In this document: one piece after another, positions 48,533-60,534 of the stretch
Numbering within the stretch: position 1 is the first letter of the stretch
How the letters are laid out: the number at the start of each line of letters is the position of its first letter
Assembly: GCA_028534125.1 (NCBI GenBank)
Contig: CM052832.1
Span: 33,976,001-34,040,000 of the forward strand
Origin: Lama glama
Taxonomy: Eukaryota
DNA: 64,000 bases
Direction: 5' to 3'
Position numbers and translations under genes: made by a program
The notes under the pieces: generated by a model
What the model saw: only the letters and a program-made list of their open reading frames with translations
Told to the model about the DNA's origin: nothing
Databases searched by the model: none

Positions 48533-48599
48533 NNNNNNNNNNNNNNNNNNNNNNNNNNNNNNNNNNNNNNNNNNNNNNNNNNNNNNNNNNNNNNNNNNN
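47989..48599. other. Assembly gap (N) with a 4-nt island TGCT at 48369-48372; further gaps at 46330-46485 and 48939-49069
   Basis: Seen directly. Confidence 0.99.
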
Positions 48600-48938
48600 C
48601 GGCCGCCCAGTCCGAGTCCGGGCCCGCGGGCTGGTGCCGGGCCGCCGCCTCCCCTGCGCTCGCGACTCCGCGGCGCCTCCGGCCGCCGAGGAGGGTCGGG
48701 GCGGCGGAGAGGGCCGGACGAGGACGCGGCCCACGGCCTTGAACGCGCGCAGCCGCTTCCAGGCGGGAACGGGAGAAAGGAGCCCAAACTAGAAAACAAG
48801 AAGACGCCGGCTCGCCGCACCGCCTGCGCCTTCCAGGAGGCTCTGCCCCAGCCGCCGGCGAAGGCGGCCAGATAACCAGGGCGGGGGGCAGCGCGCCGGC
48901 CGCCTGCCCGGGCCCGCGTCACCTTTTTTTCAGTCTCT
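48600..48938 (-). other. FOXC1: FOXC1 5' UTR (visible part)
   Basis: GC-rich, no minus-strand ATG, lies between the CDS gap and the promoter motifs. Confidence 0.7.
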
Positions 48939-49069
48939 NNNNNNNNNNNNNNNNNNNNNNNNNNNNNNNNNNNNNNNNNNNNNNNNNNNNNNNNNNNNNN
49001 NNNNNNNNNNNNNNNNNNNNNNNNNNNNNNNNNNNNNNNNNNNNNNNNNNNNNNNNNNNNNNNNNNNNN

Positions 49070-49400
49070 AGCCAATGGGAGGCGGGAACGCCTCCGAGGG
49101 AGTCGGAGGCCGAGCCGGGCCGGCCTGCGCCCCGCCGCGGAGGACCGAGGGGCTGACCACACGCGCGCCGGCTCGCCTGTCCTGCTCCCGCTCCCGCTCC
49201 CGGCCCGCGCCTGGCCGGAGCCCGCAGCCGCGCGCCTCGCGCCCTGCCGCCCGCGCCAGGCCCCGTTCTCCACCCCGGGCCCTCCGCTGGACGTCCATTG
49301 TTCCCGCAGACTTCTCGGGTCCTCCAGGCCCCACGTAGATCCTTCCTCCGCCCGCTGTTCCCAGATGTCACCGAGTCCTCGAGCCGCGTCTCGCGCTGGC
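49070..49400 (-). promoter_or_regulatory. FOXC1: FOXC1 proximal promoter (CpG island with CCAAT box 49072-49076 and GC-box-like GGGAGGCGGG 49077-49086); TSS probably in gap 48939-49069
   Basis: AGCCAATGGGAGGCGGG about 540 nt upstream of the inferred ATG within CpG-dense DNA. Confidence 0.75.
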
Positions 49401-49456
49401 TCTCTCCCATTCCTTGGCTGATGTGGCCGGCTCCAGCGCCGGGATTTCCCGAGCCG

Positions 49457-49537
49457 CTCCTCCCCTTCTCCTCTCCCCTCCCCTGTCCCTCTCTTCTCCT
49501 CTCCTCCCACTCCACCTCTTCCCTCCCCTCCCCTCCC
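49457..49537. repeat. Polypyrimidine/polypurine (CCCCT-type) tract
   Basis: ctcctccccttctcctctcccctcccctgtccctctcttctcctctcctcccactccacctcttccctcccctcccctcccc. Confidence 0.85.
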
Positions 49538-50499
49538 CGAGCGCCAGTCTCCCTGGCTCCCAGAGGTCTCCAGGTTTCCCCCACCTGGAGGCTCTCCAGT
49601 CCTGAGCTGGGCTACAAAGGGCACTGTTCTAAGGGCTCCGTCACAGCCGAGCTCCTTTCCTGGTGGGGGAGGAGTTGTTGCCCCCACCTCTCCTTCCCCG
49701 CGACCCCTCCCCATTAGAAATAAGGGAGGGGGATATGGGGCCTTGCCTGGAGCTTGGGGCCGCGGCTGGCGATCAGGGGTGCCTGCGGTGCGTGCTGCTG
49801 GAGCCTGGGGAAGCCAGGCTCCTCTTGGGGGTTCACCGCCACCGCCCCCTCTCGTCGAGTCCGGCATCTTTCGGCTCAGAGGAGGGATCAGGCTGCAGGC
49901 TCAGTGACAATAGCAGGTGTGAGGACAAGAAGCAAATAAATACGTCCCACCTCCTCCTCCACATGTGCGTGGCTGCCTGCTCGCAGAGATAAGGGGTGTG
50001 ATTGGGGGTTGGGGGGAGTTCAGAATCGCACAGGCAGGGCGGCTCAGGGGTTCTGGGGGATAAACACAGAGGAGAATCCTCGAGCAAGCGTCAGAGACTC
50101 GCAGTTTTCAGGTGACTGGGATGGAATGGGGAGGAGAGAAACGAGAGGGAAACCCCCAAGGGGCAGGAAGGAGATGGGCCTCCCTCTGCCTGCCGCGCGA
50201 TTCTGCATTTTCCGGCAACGCCGAAAAGCCATTCCTGGTCCTTTACTGGAAGCTGGAGGAGCTGGCGAGTCTAGGAAGCTGTGAGGAAGAGCAACTCACA
50301 CCTCCATCCCCCAAATTCTGACAATCTTTAACTGCGAGGACGTGTTGGGAAGCCTTTTGGCTGCCCGGATCGAATCCGGCTTTCTCACTCCTCACAGTTG
50401 GAACTGCCACCCCAGTCTAGGTGTTAGTCAGCCCTGTGCAGTTTTAACATGCTGTGTTTCGGAGTGGACCCTTAAATGGAGAGAAGTGGGGGCCAGCCC

Positions 50500-51120
50500 C
50501 TTCTGAACTCGCCTGGTGCCGTGAAGCCCCGGCTCCCAGGCTCTGCGCGGGCCTGCTGAGCGCCTGGGCCGCTCGCGATCTTCCTTTCCTACGCGTCCGC
50601 AAGGCCGCGTCGCCACGGCTGGATGAAATACGACTTATCGGCAGGAGCCTCAGTATTCCTAAACATTTGTGGAGGGGAAGAGGTGAGAGAGGCCCCGAGA
50701 CAGGAAAAAGGAATTCGTGTGCAGCCTCTGCACCGCACCCGGACGGAATCAGCCCCTTCGGCCGCGGCTTTCTGGGCCCTCTGGCGTCAGCCTCGAGGCC
50801 GAGTGAGTCAATGGTCGCACCGAACACCTCGCCATTTGGTGACTTCGACCTTTAAACTGCGTTTCCGCTGCTCCTGGCGCGCTAGCTGGAACGCAGCGTT
50901 GGCGACTCGGCCGCCGCGCGGGAGACGGTGGTGCGGCGCTGCCCCCGGTCCCCGCGCCGCCTCCCCTGCTCCCCGCTCCGCGGCCGGAGAGGTGGAAACA
51001 GCTGGTTACATAAACTGCAAATCCGACCGCGGGGCTGTGCTCGGCCCCGCTTCGGGTATAAAAGTCGCCGTGGTGAAATTAGTATCTGGCGTGCGGAAGA
51101 AAGGAGGGCGCCGTTTATGA
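50500..51120. promoter_or_regulatory. CpG-rich upstream element of FOXC1
   Basis: Dense CpG, especially 50870-51110. Confidence 0.65.
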
Positions 51121-52979
51121 AGATCGGCTTTCTCCTGGTCGAGCTCTGGACATTCGCCAGGAAAAGATACTTGCATTTGTGTTTTATAAGCTTCCTCGGA
51201 AGCAAACCTCCACTACACGGCTTGATTCTATTTCAAATTTCAAGTACTTGACTTACGTTATTGTTGGTGTTACACGAAAATTGAGGTGCAGAAATGGTGT
51301 CTTTGGGGAATGGGTTAAAGGTTTTATTTTCAGGTTAGAGTTTCTGATGCCCCCCCTTTGCTGCTCCACGGGTAGTTCCATCACTGTGTCCCCCACAACC
51401 CTGACTCAACTGGCAGAAATGCTGCCGCCGGAAACCTTGGGCTGCTTTCTGACACCTCGTGGCTGCGGCCTGAAGGTCCTGCAGGGGACAGCGGTAATGG
51501 ATGTTTGGTGGGACTGTCGCTGGCCCTTGCCGCCCCATCCCCTCCCTGACCCGCCAGCGGGGTCATAATTCCCGGGGCGTCGAGGGGCCTTAGCTCCGGG
51601 AGGGGCTGACGTCACAGCCATGCCGAAACAGGCCTCCCGGGCCCTAGGCTGGAAAAGCACTGGGAAGGGGGGTGGTGAGCCCTCCAGGAAGTGCCCAGTT
51701 CGGGATGTGGTGACCCCGCATCAGGAGGGGAGGGGTGGTGCCCCAATGCAGGCCACCAGGAGCCAGAGGAGCTCTTTTTCTCTTCTTCTAAAGAAAAAGA
51801 GAATAGGGGTCAGGGTGGGGCCCGGATTCCAGAAGAGCACTCCCGGGAAGGGTGAGCCCAGCCCGAGGTGCGAGGATTCTCCTCCAGTCAGAGAACCCCA
51901 GCCCTGGTCAGGTGCTCTCACGGGACACCCACAGGCCCCTTCTGTCCACTGTCTCGGCGTATGCGGGCCCTGGCTCTGGGCTGTGCCGGGAAGCTGGCCT
52001 GTCGGGAGCTCGGGACTGGCTGGGGCCGCTTGGCCCAGTAACTGGGGGAGTCAGGAGAGGCTGGCTTTCCAAGCCGAGGGCAGGGGCTCCCTGTCTAGAC
52101 CTGGGGGCTTTGCAACCCCGGGGCTCCAAGTCGCCCTCACCGCAGCGAGATGGGTAGAGGATGAACGCTCCCCGCTAGACTGAAGTCACAAGCAATTGTA
52201 GCCAAGTCCGTTTCGGGGTGTCTTTGAGCTATTCAGGTACTTGACTGAGTTCTCCATATGGCCTCGTTTATGAAGACCAGAAGCCCGGGGGCGGGGGAGG
52301 GTAGGCGGCTGTCAGTTACTGTTATTCGTTACCAAACCGTCAGCGGGCAGGTAGCGCTGGTCCTCCGCGGAGGGAGGGGCGGGGACCCAACGTCTGGGTG
52401 GCCGAGACTCCAGGCGGATCAACTTCTCTCTTAGCTGGGGGGTTTCTGAGTAGAGATTCTGTTAACGCAGTCTTCCTAATTCAGCTCCCTCCTTAGTAGA
52501 CAAATAATTCCTACGATAAATGAAAACAGCGTTTATTTTTCGATTGTGTTTTAAAGACAGGGTGATCTCCATGTTTGAATGTATTGTTTAGTTGCTCTGC
52601 TAAGGGCAGCGTCCACAGGCAGTTTCTGGGGTGGGTAATTTAACTCCCCCCAAGACCCCAAGACAGGCCGTTCCATTAATTACTCTCACGGGAGGGAGTG
52701 TGCCAGCACCTGTTCGCGGTCACCACCGGGTCGGCCCACCTGTCGCCCCTTTGCAGGAAAGCATGTCTTCCAGAGCGGTTCTGGGGTCCACTGCGAGCTC
52801 GGTACCAAGGACGAACCGCAGGACAAGGGAAAGTGCAGCTTTAACCTCGGTGCCCGGCTGCGCACGACTGGGCTTCCTTTGTCCATCCAGGACAAAAATA
52901 AAATTCGTGAAAGGTGGATGAATGGGAAGGACTAGTCACGCGCTCCTCGTTTTCTCCCCATCCAGGTCCCTGTTAGACT

Positions 52980-54490
52980 CGGGGCGCAACCGCCAACGGG
53001 GCCTTAACGGGAGAGGCCCCTGCCGCTCCAGCTTAGCCACTGGGGCTCATCCGCTACGCGGCGGACGACCCTAGAGCCCCCGAGGCCGCAGCGCGGCGCG
53101 GGGACGCGGGGTGCGCGGAGCAGGCGTCTGCCGCACCCACGCATGCTACAGGTGGCCGAGGAAAGAACTCGGCAGTGGACAGACCTGCAGACAGGCAGGC
53201 CCTGGGGGAGGGGTCGGCGGCCCCGTCCTGCGAGCAGTCGCCTTCCCGGCTCTCCGGACTGGCCCCGGGGTCCCATAAGCTGGGCTGCGCCCTGCTCCCG
53301 CCCGGGCGGCCTGCGGAGCCTGAGTCCCGACGCCCTGGTCCCTCCGTGTGCGGGCGGCCCGGGCCCTGGGACGCGCCCCCGACGTCCCGCGTCTACCCGC
53401 CCGGCCTGGTGCGCGTAGGGTGCGGACAGCGTAGTCCCCAGGCCGTGGGGCGGCGGTGAGGCCCTCGGCCCGGGCCGCTGTCGGTGCCCTCAGGGCAAGG
53501 ACCCGGCCGGCTCTGCGCAGCCGGCCTCCCGGTCCCCGCGTACGTCTGTGCCTGGGAGCGCCGCCCGGTGTTCCCCACAGGCTTCCAGCCGCGCCCCCGA
53601 GCGCCAGGAGGGGAGGGAGGGGAGGGAGGGGAGGCAGGGGCGTCTCGGGGCCGCTCCCGAAGCTGGAGCTCCGGGCTACGGGGTGCAGGTCCCCGGCCAA
53701 CCCGCCCCTCGACCTGGCCTGCCCGCCGCACGGGCTCTGGCGGCGACCCTGCGCGCGCCCCGAGCGCCCCCTGCTGTCCACAGCCCTCTGGGCGACCTGA
53801 GGCCCCAACGCCCGCCCCTCCCAGCTCCTGCGGAGCAGCCCCGGGGAAAGGGCTCTGAGGAAGGGGACCCGGGGGAGGCCACGCCGCTGGAGGGCCCCGG
53901 TCTTGCTCCTGACTTTACCACCCTGCAACCTACCCAGGGTCCCGGCAGGAAGAGTCTGGTCTGGAGGTCCCTTGAAGGGACCGGCTCAGACACCCAGGCG
54001 CAGGCCGCGGCGCTTTTGTTCCTGGGACCCGAGGTGACCTGGTAGGAGGCTTGCAGCCACCGGCTACATTCCTTCCTAGCGGCCCCTTTAATTGATGTGC
54101 ATGTTACAGAAAAAGCAGGGCCGCCTCCTCAAGTGAATTACATTCTGGGAGATGCCAAGGAATGTATTTACTGGCAGCCAGGTTTGCCAATAAAAGTTGC
54201 AAATGAAGACCGCTGGTTTCCAGGAAAAAGTACTTGTTTTTCAACCGCTCCTTAAGTCTTAATTACGGAAAACCGAACCTCCAAAGAACCGGTTTGGAGA
54301 ACAAGGCGAGAAAGGCCGGGAACGCGGCCGTGGCTCGTTCCCACACCCGCACGCGCATCGCCGCCCGGAGACCCGCACGCCCACGCACGACGCACAGACG
54401 TGCGCGCGCGCGGCGGCCCCCGCCGCGGAGCCTCAGCATTTACATGCGCGTCAGACAGACGCGGCGAGACGCTGGCACGGGGCAGGTATG
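52980..54490. promoter_or_regulatory. Upstream CpG island(s) 4-5.5 kb 5' of FOXC1, flanking an AT-rich motif core
   Basis: CpG-dense 52980-53900 and 54310-54490; position corresponds approximately to the human FOXCUT region. Confidence 0.75.
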
Positions 54491-55664
54491 CGTTCGGATT
54501 AGTAGTATTTAGTTTGGAAACGAAGATAAAAGAAAAGATACACTCTGGCGAACAGAGAGGCAAATTTCCACAGAATAGTAAGTAGAAATAAAGGTACGAA
54601 AGGAAGAAGTAGGAAGAAGTTTACTTGCTGCGTAATATTCACCGTGACTACGCTTGTATTTTTTAAGGCCAACAGTTGACTCGCGTTAAACACCAAATTA
54701 TAGGCAACAGACAAACCCAGAGCTTGCTCTTCCCGACGTCCCCTTGGCTTGGGATCACAAAGACCCCAGCTGGAAAGAGAAAAAGTCATTCTGGAAGCTG
54801 GCCTCCTCCTTCTGCAGAGGGCAGCCTTCGGGGCAGCGGGTAAATGCTGGGGAGGGGGTGCGAACTTGCTTGCCAGGACAGCTCTCCAGCCTTAACTGCA
54901 GACCCTCAGAAAGCACCGATGAGTTTGTCTTCCTGCCGGGTGCTGTGAGCGGCCTTTTCATTTAACCCTGATCTGCATCTTGTGCAGGAGGAAGCAGGGC
55001 CTGAGAATGAGCGACCTGCAGACACCACACAGCTCCCTCGGGACTTCACTCCCCTTGGTCTCCGCAGCTCTAAGATGCCATTTATGACAAGGGACATTGC
55101 TCATGTGCCACCAAATGAAGAAAAAGTTGAACTCTTAAACATTGTTGGTGGGAAGTCTCGCCTTGATTTCAGATGTTAAAATTGCATTTCAGATCGATGA
55201 TGCGTGGATTAATTCAGTGAATCCACGGATATTTGGAGGTTTCCCTGGGCAGCGTTATCCCAGCAGCCAGAGGCATCACCCTATGCTGGGCATCTCTGGG
55301 AAGGTAAATACTGATAATGTGATGACGCAGGGCAATGTTCATCCACCTTAGTGCTTGCACCCACCATCCCTGTACGTAACTTGTGTTGGGCTGCAGACAC
55401 TCCGGTCCAGGCCCTGTGGCTGATTTTGCTCCTGTCCCCAGTGCTGTCTTGGCTCCTTTCCTGGGTTTCCCTTCCTTTCTCAAGGAAGATTCTCCTGGGA
55501 ATAGGTGCAGGAGGGCAAGGTAATCTTTCCTGCCCTCCCTTCGCAGGGCACCATGCCGCTGGGAGCACCAGGACCCTGCTCTGTGCCCTCCCAAGACTCA
55601 GAGAGGAGGCGGGGGAGGGACAGAGCCGCCAGGCTGGTCTCCAGGACCCCATGAGGGAAATGCC

Positions 55665-55715
55665 CAGCTGTCCCATCACAGAGAGGGAAACCGAGGCTCA
55701 GAGCACCTGCCTCTG
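55665..55715 (-). mobile_element. MIR core fragment
   Basis: cccatcacagagagggaaaccgaggctcagag. Confidence 0.5.
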
Positions 55716-58700
55716 AAGTGGCCAAGCCCAGGCTCCCACTCAGAGTGTGCAGAGGCCTGTCCAGTGGCCCCAGCACGTCTCCCAGCTCCTCAGCCCCAGT
55801 CCCACCAAGCTCCTGTTGTTCAAGGCAGCGGGGGCCTAAGGCTGAATCAGGTTGGGGTGGGACCGGGAAGGTGAGAGGCAGGTGGGAGAGAGGACGAGTG
55901 AGGAGGGCAGGGCCTCTTCTCTTTACAGAAAACAGTTCCTCCTCTGCCCGACTCAGACTTGATCTGGGCCTGGAGGATTGACCCAGAAGCCAGTAGTGAG
56001 GCTGGAAAGCCGTGGCACAGAGCCAGGGAGCCCCTGCAGCTTCAGCCAGGCCTGCGGGGCAGGGGCTCGGCCTCTTGGGAGCCTCTCCAGAGCAGGGGCT
56101 CTGCTCCCCCAGGGAGCGAGCAGCAGAGTGTGCCGGCCCCTGTGGTGCCCAGGGCCCTGCCCCAGGACTGCCTGCGTCCTCCCAGGAAGAGCCAGGAGCG
56201 CCTGGCCCTGGTGAGTGGGCTCGTCAACGGTGGCCGCAAAAGGCGGTGGGCGCCTTGGGCCAGACTCCCTGGGGACCCTGGCCCCCGCCGGCCAGCCCTG
56301 GCGACAGTCTGGGACTGTCCTGCTTCTCTTCAAGACCGGCCGGCGTGGGCGTCTGGCCTCCCTCTGTCTGTCCCCTTTGCATGCGGAGGAAGCTTCTTTT
56401 AAAGGCCGGCCGCTGTGTCCGCAGGCACACACGTAATCCCGCACCAGGGCCTGTGTTTAGTCTGTCTCGCTGACGTCCTTCCTGAACAGATGGGAAGAGG
56501 AAACGCTTCCCTCGGCCATTTTTGCCTTCCCTGTACCCTGGCCCATCCATCATTTTCTCACCTACCGTCGCCGGGCGGCCAAGTCTGTCCCGGCAGCCGG
56601 CGTCCCAGCAGAGGCCTCTCCTCGTGCTCCTTCTAACACAAAGGTTTACATTACTGGATATCCCTGCGAGGAAACAGGCTCCAGATTAGATAAGGTTAAA
56701 TTACACTTTTATAAGGTGCCAGTATCGTCTTAGAAGACGTTCTCTTTTTATGTGAGTGAGCGCTGGTAATAAGTTTGTTTTTGTACTTATCTCTCCTCTG
56801 AAGCAGACGACATCTACACACACCGTGACTTACTAGGGAGAGGACCGCTCACTGCCCAGTGGGGGACGGTTAGCTGCTTGCCGAGGAAGAGCCAGCGGCT
56901 CCAAGTGGCTGTGTCCTGGGAGCTGGCCCGGCCGCCAGGCAGAACCGCCAGGCTTCGCGTGGACATGGCAGAGCGCCGGTGCCCGCCCAGGGGGCGGCCC
57001 ATGGCAGTCCTCACTGGCCACTGTGTGAGTCCTCGCCCTCAGAGATGATCTGGTGGGTGTATTTGCTTTAGTAAGGAGCCCGTCCAGAGGCAGGCAGACT
57101 TGTCACTAGGAAAACGTTTTGGCAGGCGTCGGGCATAAGAGGAAAACAGGCAGGCTCCTCCCTCCTTCTGCCGCGGGGAGCACGGACACGCGGCTGTCGG
57201 GTGTCAGTTGCGGTGTCCAGGTTGGCTTTCCCGTGACCAGCACTGTCAGCAGTGTGGCCTGTTGTCTCCAGCGTGGCTCCGCCTTTCTCAGGCCGTGATG
57301 CTCTGTCCATTTCAGCTTGTCTTTGGATAGTTGGAGAGAGGGGGCCAGTGCACTGCAGCCATGTTTCCTTTCAGTTTTAAATGAATTTTGAAAAATCTGT
57401 GTTTCATATTTCTCCTGAGCTTGGCCGAGTTTGAATGTTCCTCGACCGTGCACCAAATGAAGTGAGACGAGCAAGGCCTTCCTGCCCCCCTCCTCCTCCC
57501 TGGTTTGCGCATCGGCTCCTCTGGCGGCTTCCCCACCACGTTGCCAACTTCTCGGAGAGTCGGTTATCAGGTGGTGTTGACAGTCTGTTGTGAGGCTCAT
57601 AAAGGGACAGTTATACTTTCTTTTCCAAGGTGCCAGACATTTTCCAAGTAGATGTTTTAGAGCCTGGAAGGCATGCGCTAGCAGATCTGAGTAATACAGA
57701 ACACAAGGCAAGCGCTAGATTCGAAGTTCTCGGTCCTGTTCCTTCAAAAGCAAATTTCTCTGATCCACCTGGGCCTGCTCTTCCAACAGCATGACCTTCT
57801 GTGCCGCCCACCGACCAGCGAGCGCCGCAGTGCCTGCGTTGGGCCAGAGGAGGCGGCGAGGAGCGCTCGCTGTGTTCTTCCTCTAGGGAGAGGTTTGAGT
57901 TTTGAACAGGCCGCTTGAATATCTGCCTGGATAGATTCCATTCGTCTTCTCCCACTGTGCCCGCTTCTGGCCATTTAATACTATATTGAAAACCTGAGGC
58001 CAGCCGGGTGTGGGGCACAGCAGGAGAGAGCGGAGGTGAGGGGGGCGGTCAGCCGGGGGACCACACTGTGAGGGAAAGGCTCGTGGGCCTTTCGTTGATG
58101 CCACTTCCTGTGAGAAAGCGGAGTGAGTACAGCTCTGAGTTCTCTGCCAACCTCGTTTGGAAGGGCTCCTTACCCCCCTGGGCGGAGGTGGGGTGGGTGT
58201 GCAGACATTCCACTGGTGCTGCGGGGAGGCCCTCTTGTCATCTGGCTGGTGATTCCGCCTGAGCCCCCCTGGGGGCCAGCTGTTGAGACCGGGGTGGCCC
58301 TCCGTGAGCTGGCTGGGTGTCTCTTTTTCTTTTGCAGGAGGGGGTAGGGTATTTTTACTCAAGTATGCCTCCTCTTTTCTTTTTGTTTTTTTTGAAGATG
58401 CATGAACTAACACTTCAGTGCGAATTCCTTCTGCAGCATCCATTTTCCTCCAGTGGAGACGCTGTGCCCCTGCTGGGGGCCAGTGGGACAGGAAGACCCC
58501 AATGGGGAGAAGGCCAAGACCGCTCCCCCTCACCTCTCCTATGGCATGTCCACTCGGGGGGTGGCAAGACCAGTGCCCTGGCGTTGGACACCCTGGAACC
58601 AAGTGTCTCAGGAGCCAGAAACCAGCCTCTTGTCAGGAGCAGAGGGTCCGAGGGGAGGGAGGCTCTTGGCCTAGCCACCTGGGAACTCAGGCTCAGAGTG

Positions 58701-60480
58701 ACCGTTCACGCCTGACAGAAGGCGCTGTCTGTCCCATGGTTTGGGACCTTCTGGCAGCCGTCCTGCTGTGCACCATCTGCAGGAGGATGGGGGTCACCTA
58801 GGGCAGGAGCCGGGGAGGTCACCCCGTGCCCTGAGTCTGCTGGGCCCTCGCCCTCTCTCCCCGTTGAGTGTGGCGTCTCTGGGAGCGTCTCCCAGCTCGC
58901 TGTGGAGTGAGATGCCCGCCTGCTCCAGCTCCTGCCTGCGTTCAGTGTCCACCAGGAAAGCCATTTTTCTTTCTGACACGGATCCAAAATAAGAGTGACG
59001 GAGCACAGTCCTGTGGAGAGATATCCCTCCCCTAGTCATGTCCGTGGAACGGAACAGCCAGGCCTGCAAGCAGAGTCCCACAGAACTGCGCCTCCCTTCT
59101 TCCAGCGGAGGGGACCCTGCTGCCGGGCCCACCCCAGCGCGGGCTGCAGGCTGCGAGCAGCTCCACACAGGCGGGACAGCCAGCACCAGCTTACTTTGTT
59201 TTTGAAGGACAGCATAATATCCGTCTCTTTTAACTTAAAAGAGGGATTTTTATAAAACGGTCTCAGTGGAGGACCTTTGGGATGCCTTTGAAAAAATAAA
59301 CTGTAAATACAGGAAATGAAAGACCGGTGATTATAAATAGTAAACGAGGAGCTCATTGGGTCTGTGAACGTCCACTGAAGGTCTCTGCCCCGACAGCACA
59401 GCTGACCGAGTTGTGCGTTCAAGTCTGATTTTGCCAAGAAAGGAAGCTGCAGGTGAGGATCCGCCGGCAGCATCCGGAGGGCGTCACGCGGGGCCGCACG
59501 TCACTGAGCGTTAGAGGGAAGCGTGTGACACAGACAGGGTGGTGACGTCTAGGGGGACAGTCCTCTGTGTGCCGCAGGAGATACTTGAGTGTGAAGACAC
59601 GCCAGTGTCAGCCTGCTGCAGAGTAAGCTGGTGCTAAACCCCAGTGAGGGTGTTCACAATGCAGACCTTGAAGCAAGACCTTTGAAGCAAACTGGACGTC
59701 CATGAGTGAGGACACCCACTTCACAGGATCACAGAGAAATCGTGGTTACGAGGACCGTGCAGATGTGACCTGGTGACCCCCGATAGTGCCTCTGGACAAA
59801 GCATGTCCAGGGAAGCATGAGAAGGAAACAGTAGTTGGGGTGGTGGGAAGACGCCGTGTGGCCTCTGAAGTTTCTGTGACGTGTGCTCAGCCAGGCTTTT
59901 ACATTACCACGTGGGAAAGTGGAATGTGGAAAACACCGCGTGCAGCCCGAGATACACAGGGTCACACAGGGTCGCATCAAGACGAGCTTCTCGGAAGCCC
60001 TCCTGCTGGGGCTGGGCCTGCAGATTCCGGGGACCAGTCCCGGGGGCGGGCCTCCCGGGAGGTGTGGGAAGAGGGGCAGTGGGTGTCGGTGGGGGAAGGA
60101 GAGGTGTAAATGGCCTGCAGTAATTTGGTGAGAGGAAGAGATAAAGAAGGGCCCCAAAGCCCTGGGAAGGCGGAGGGGCCTCGGCTGCTCCCAGCACCGG
60201 CATCGAGTTTCAGTAAAGCCCTTTATCTCCCTCTGCTCCGATGTTATCTCGCCTTTAAAATGGTAAATCGTTTATATAACGTTCCTGATTCACAAAATGA
60301 AGGGGCTGAGTCACCACGAAGGCAAGTAGGGGAGAAGCTTGGAGTATTGATTTCCCTCTGGTTCTGCATGAATCTTATCTCTGGGCTTGTGGCGGGGCGT
60401 GGGGAGGGAGCTGGGTGTGAGCAGGGAGAGGGCTGGGCAAGGGCCCGCGGCCTGTGGGCTGTTCTTCTGGTTCTTCTGGG

Positions 60481-60534
60481 CTGCTGCTGGTGGTGGTGGT
60501 GGTGGTGGTTGTGTGTGTGTGTGTGTGTGTGTGT
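60481..60534. repeat. Compound microsatellite (CTG)3-(GGT)7-(GT)12
   Basis: ctgctgctggtggtggtggtggtggtggttgtgtgtgtgtgtgtgtgtgtgtgt. Confidence 0.95.

Noticed and set aside
47989-48599. FOXC1 lacking its forkhead domain, or a pseudogene
   Set aside because: The missing part is unsequenced; gap size fits the expected coding length and the visible frame is intact.
46919-49867. 982-aa ORF as the full FOXC1 protein
   Set aside because: Artefact of translating through N gaps into the 5' UTR and promoter; the real start is expected near 48532.
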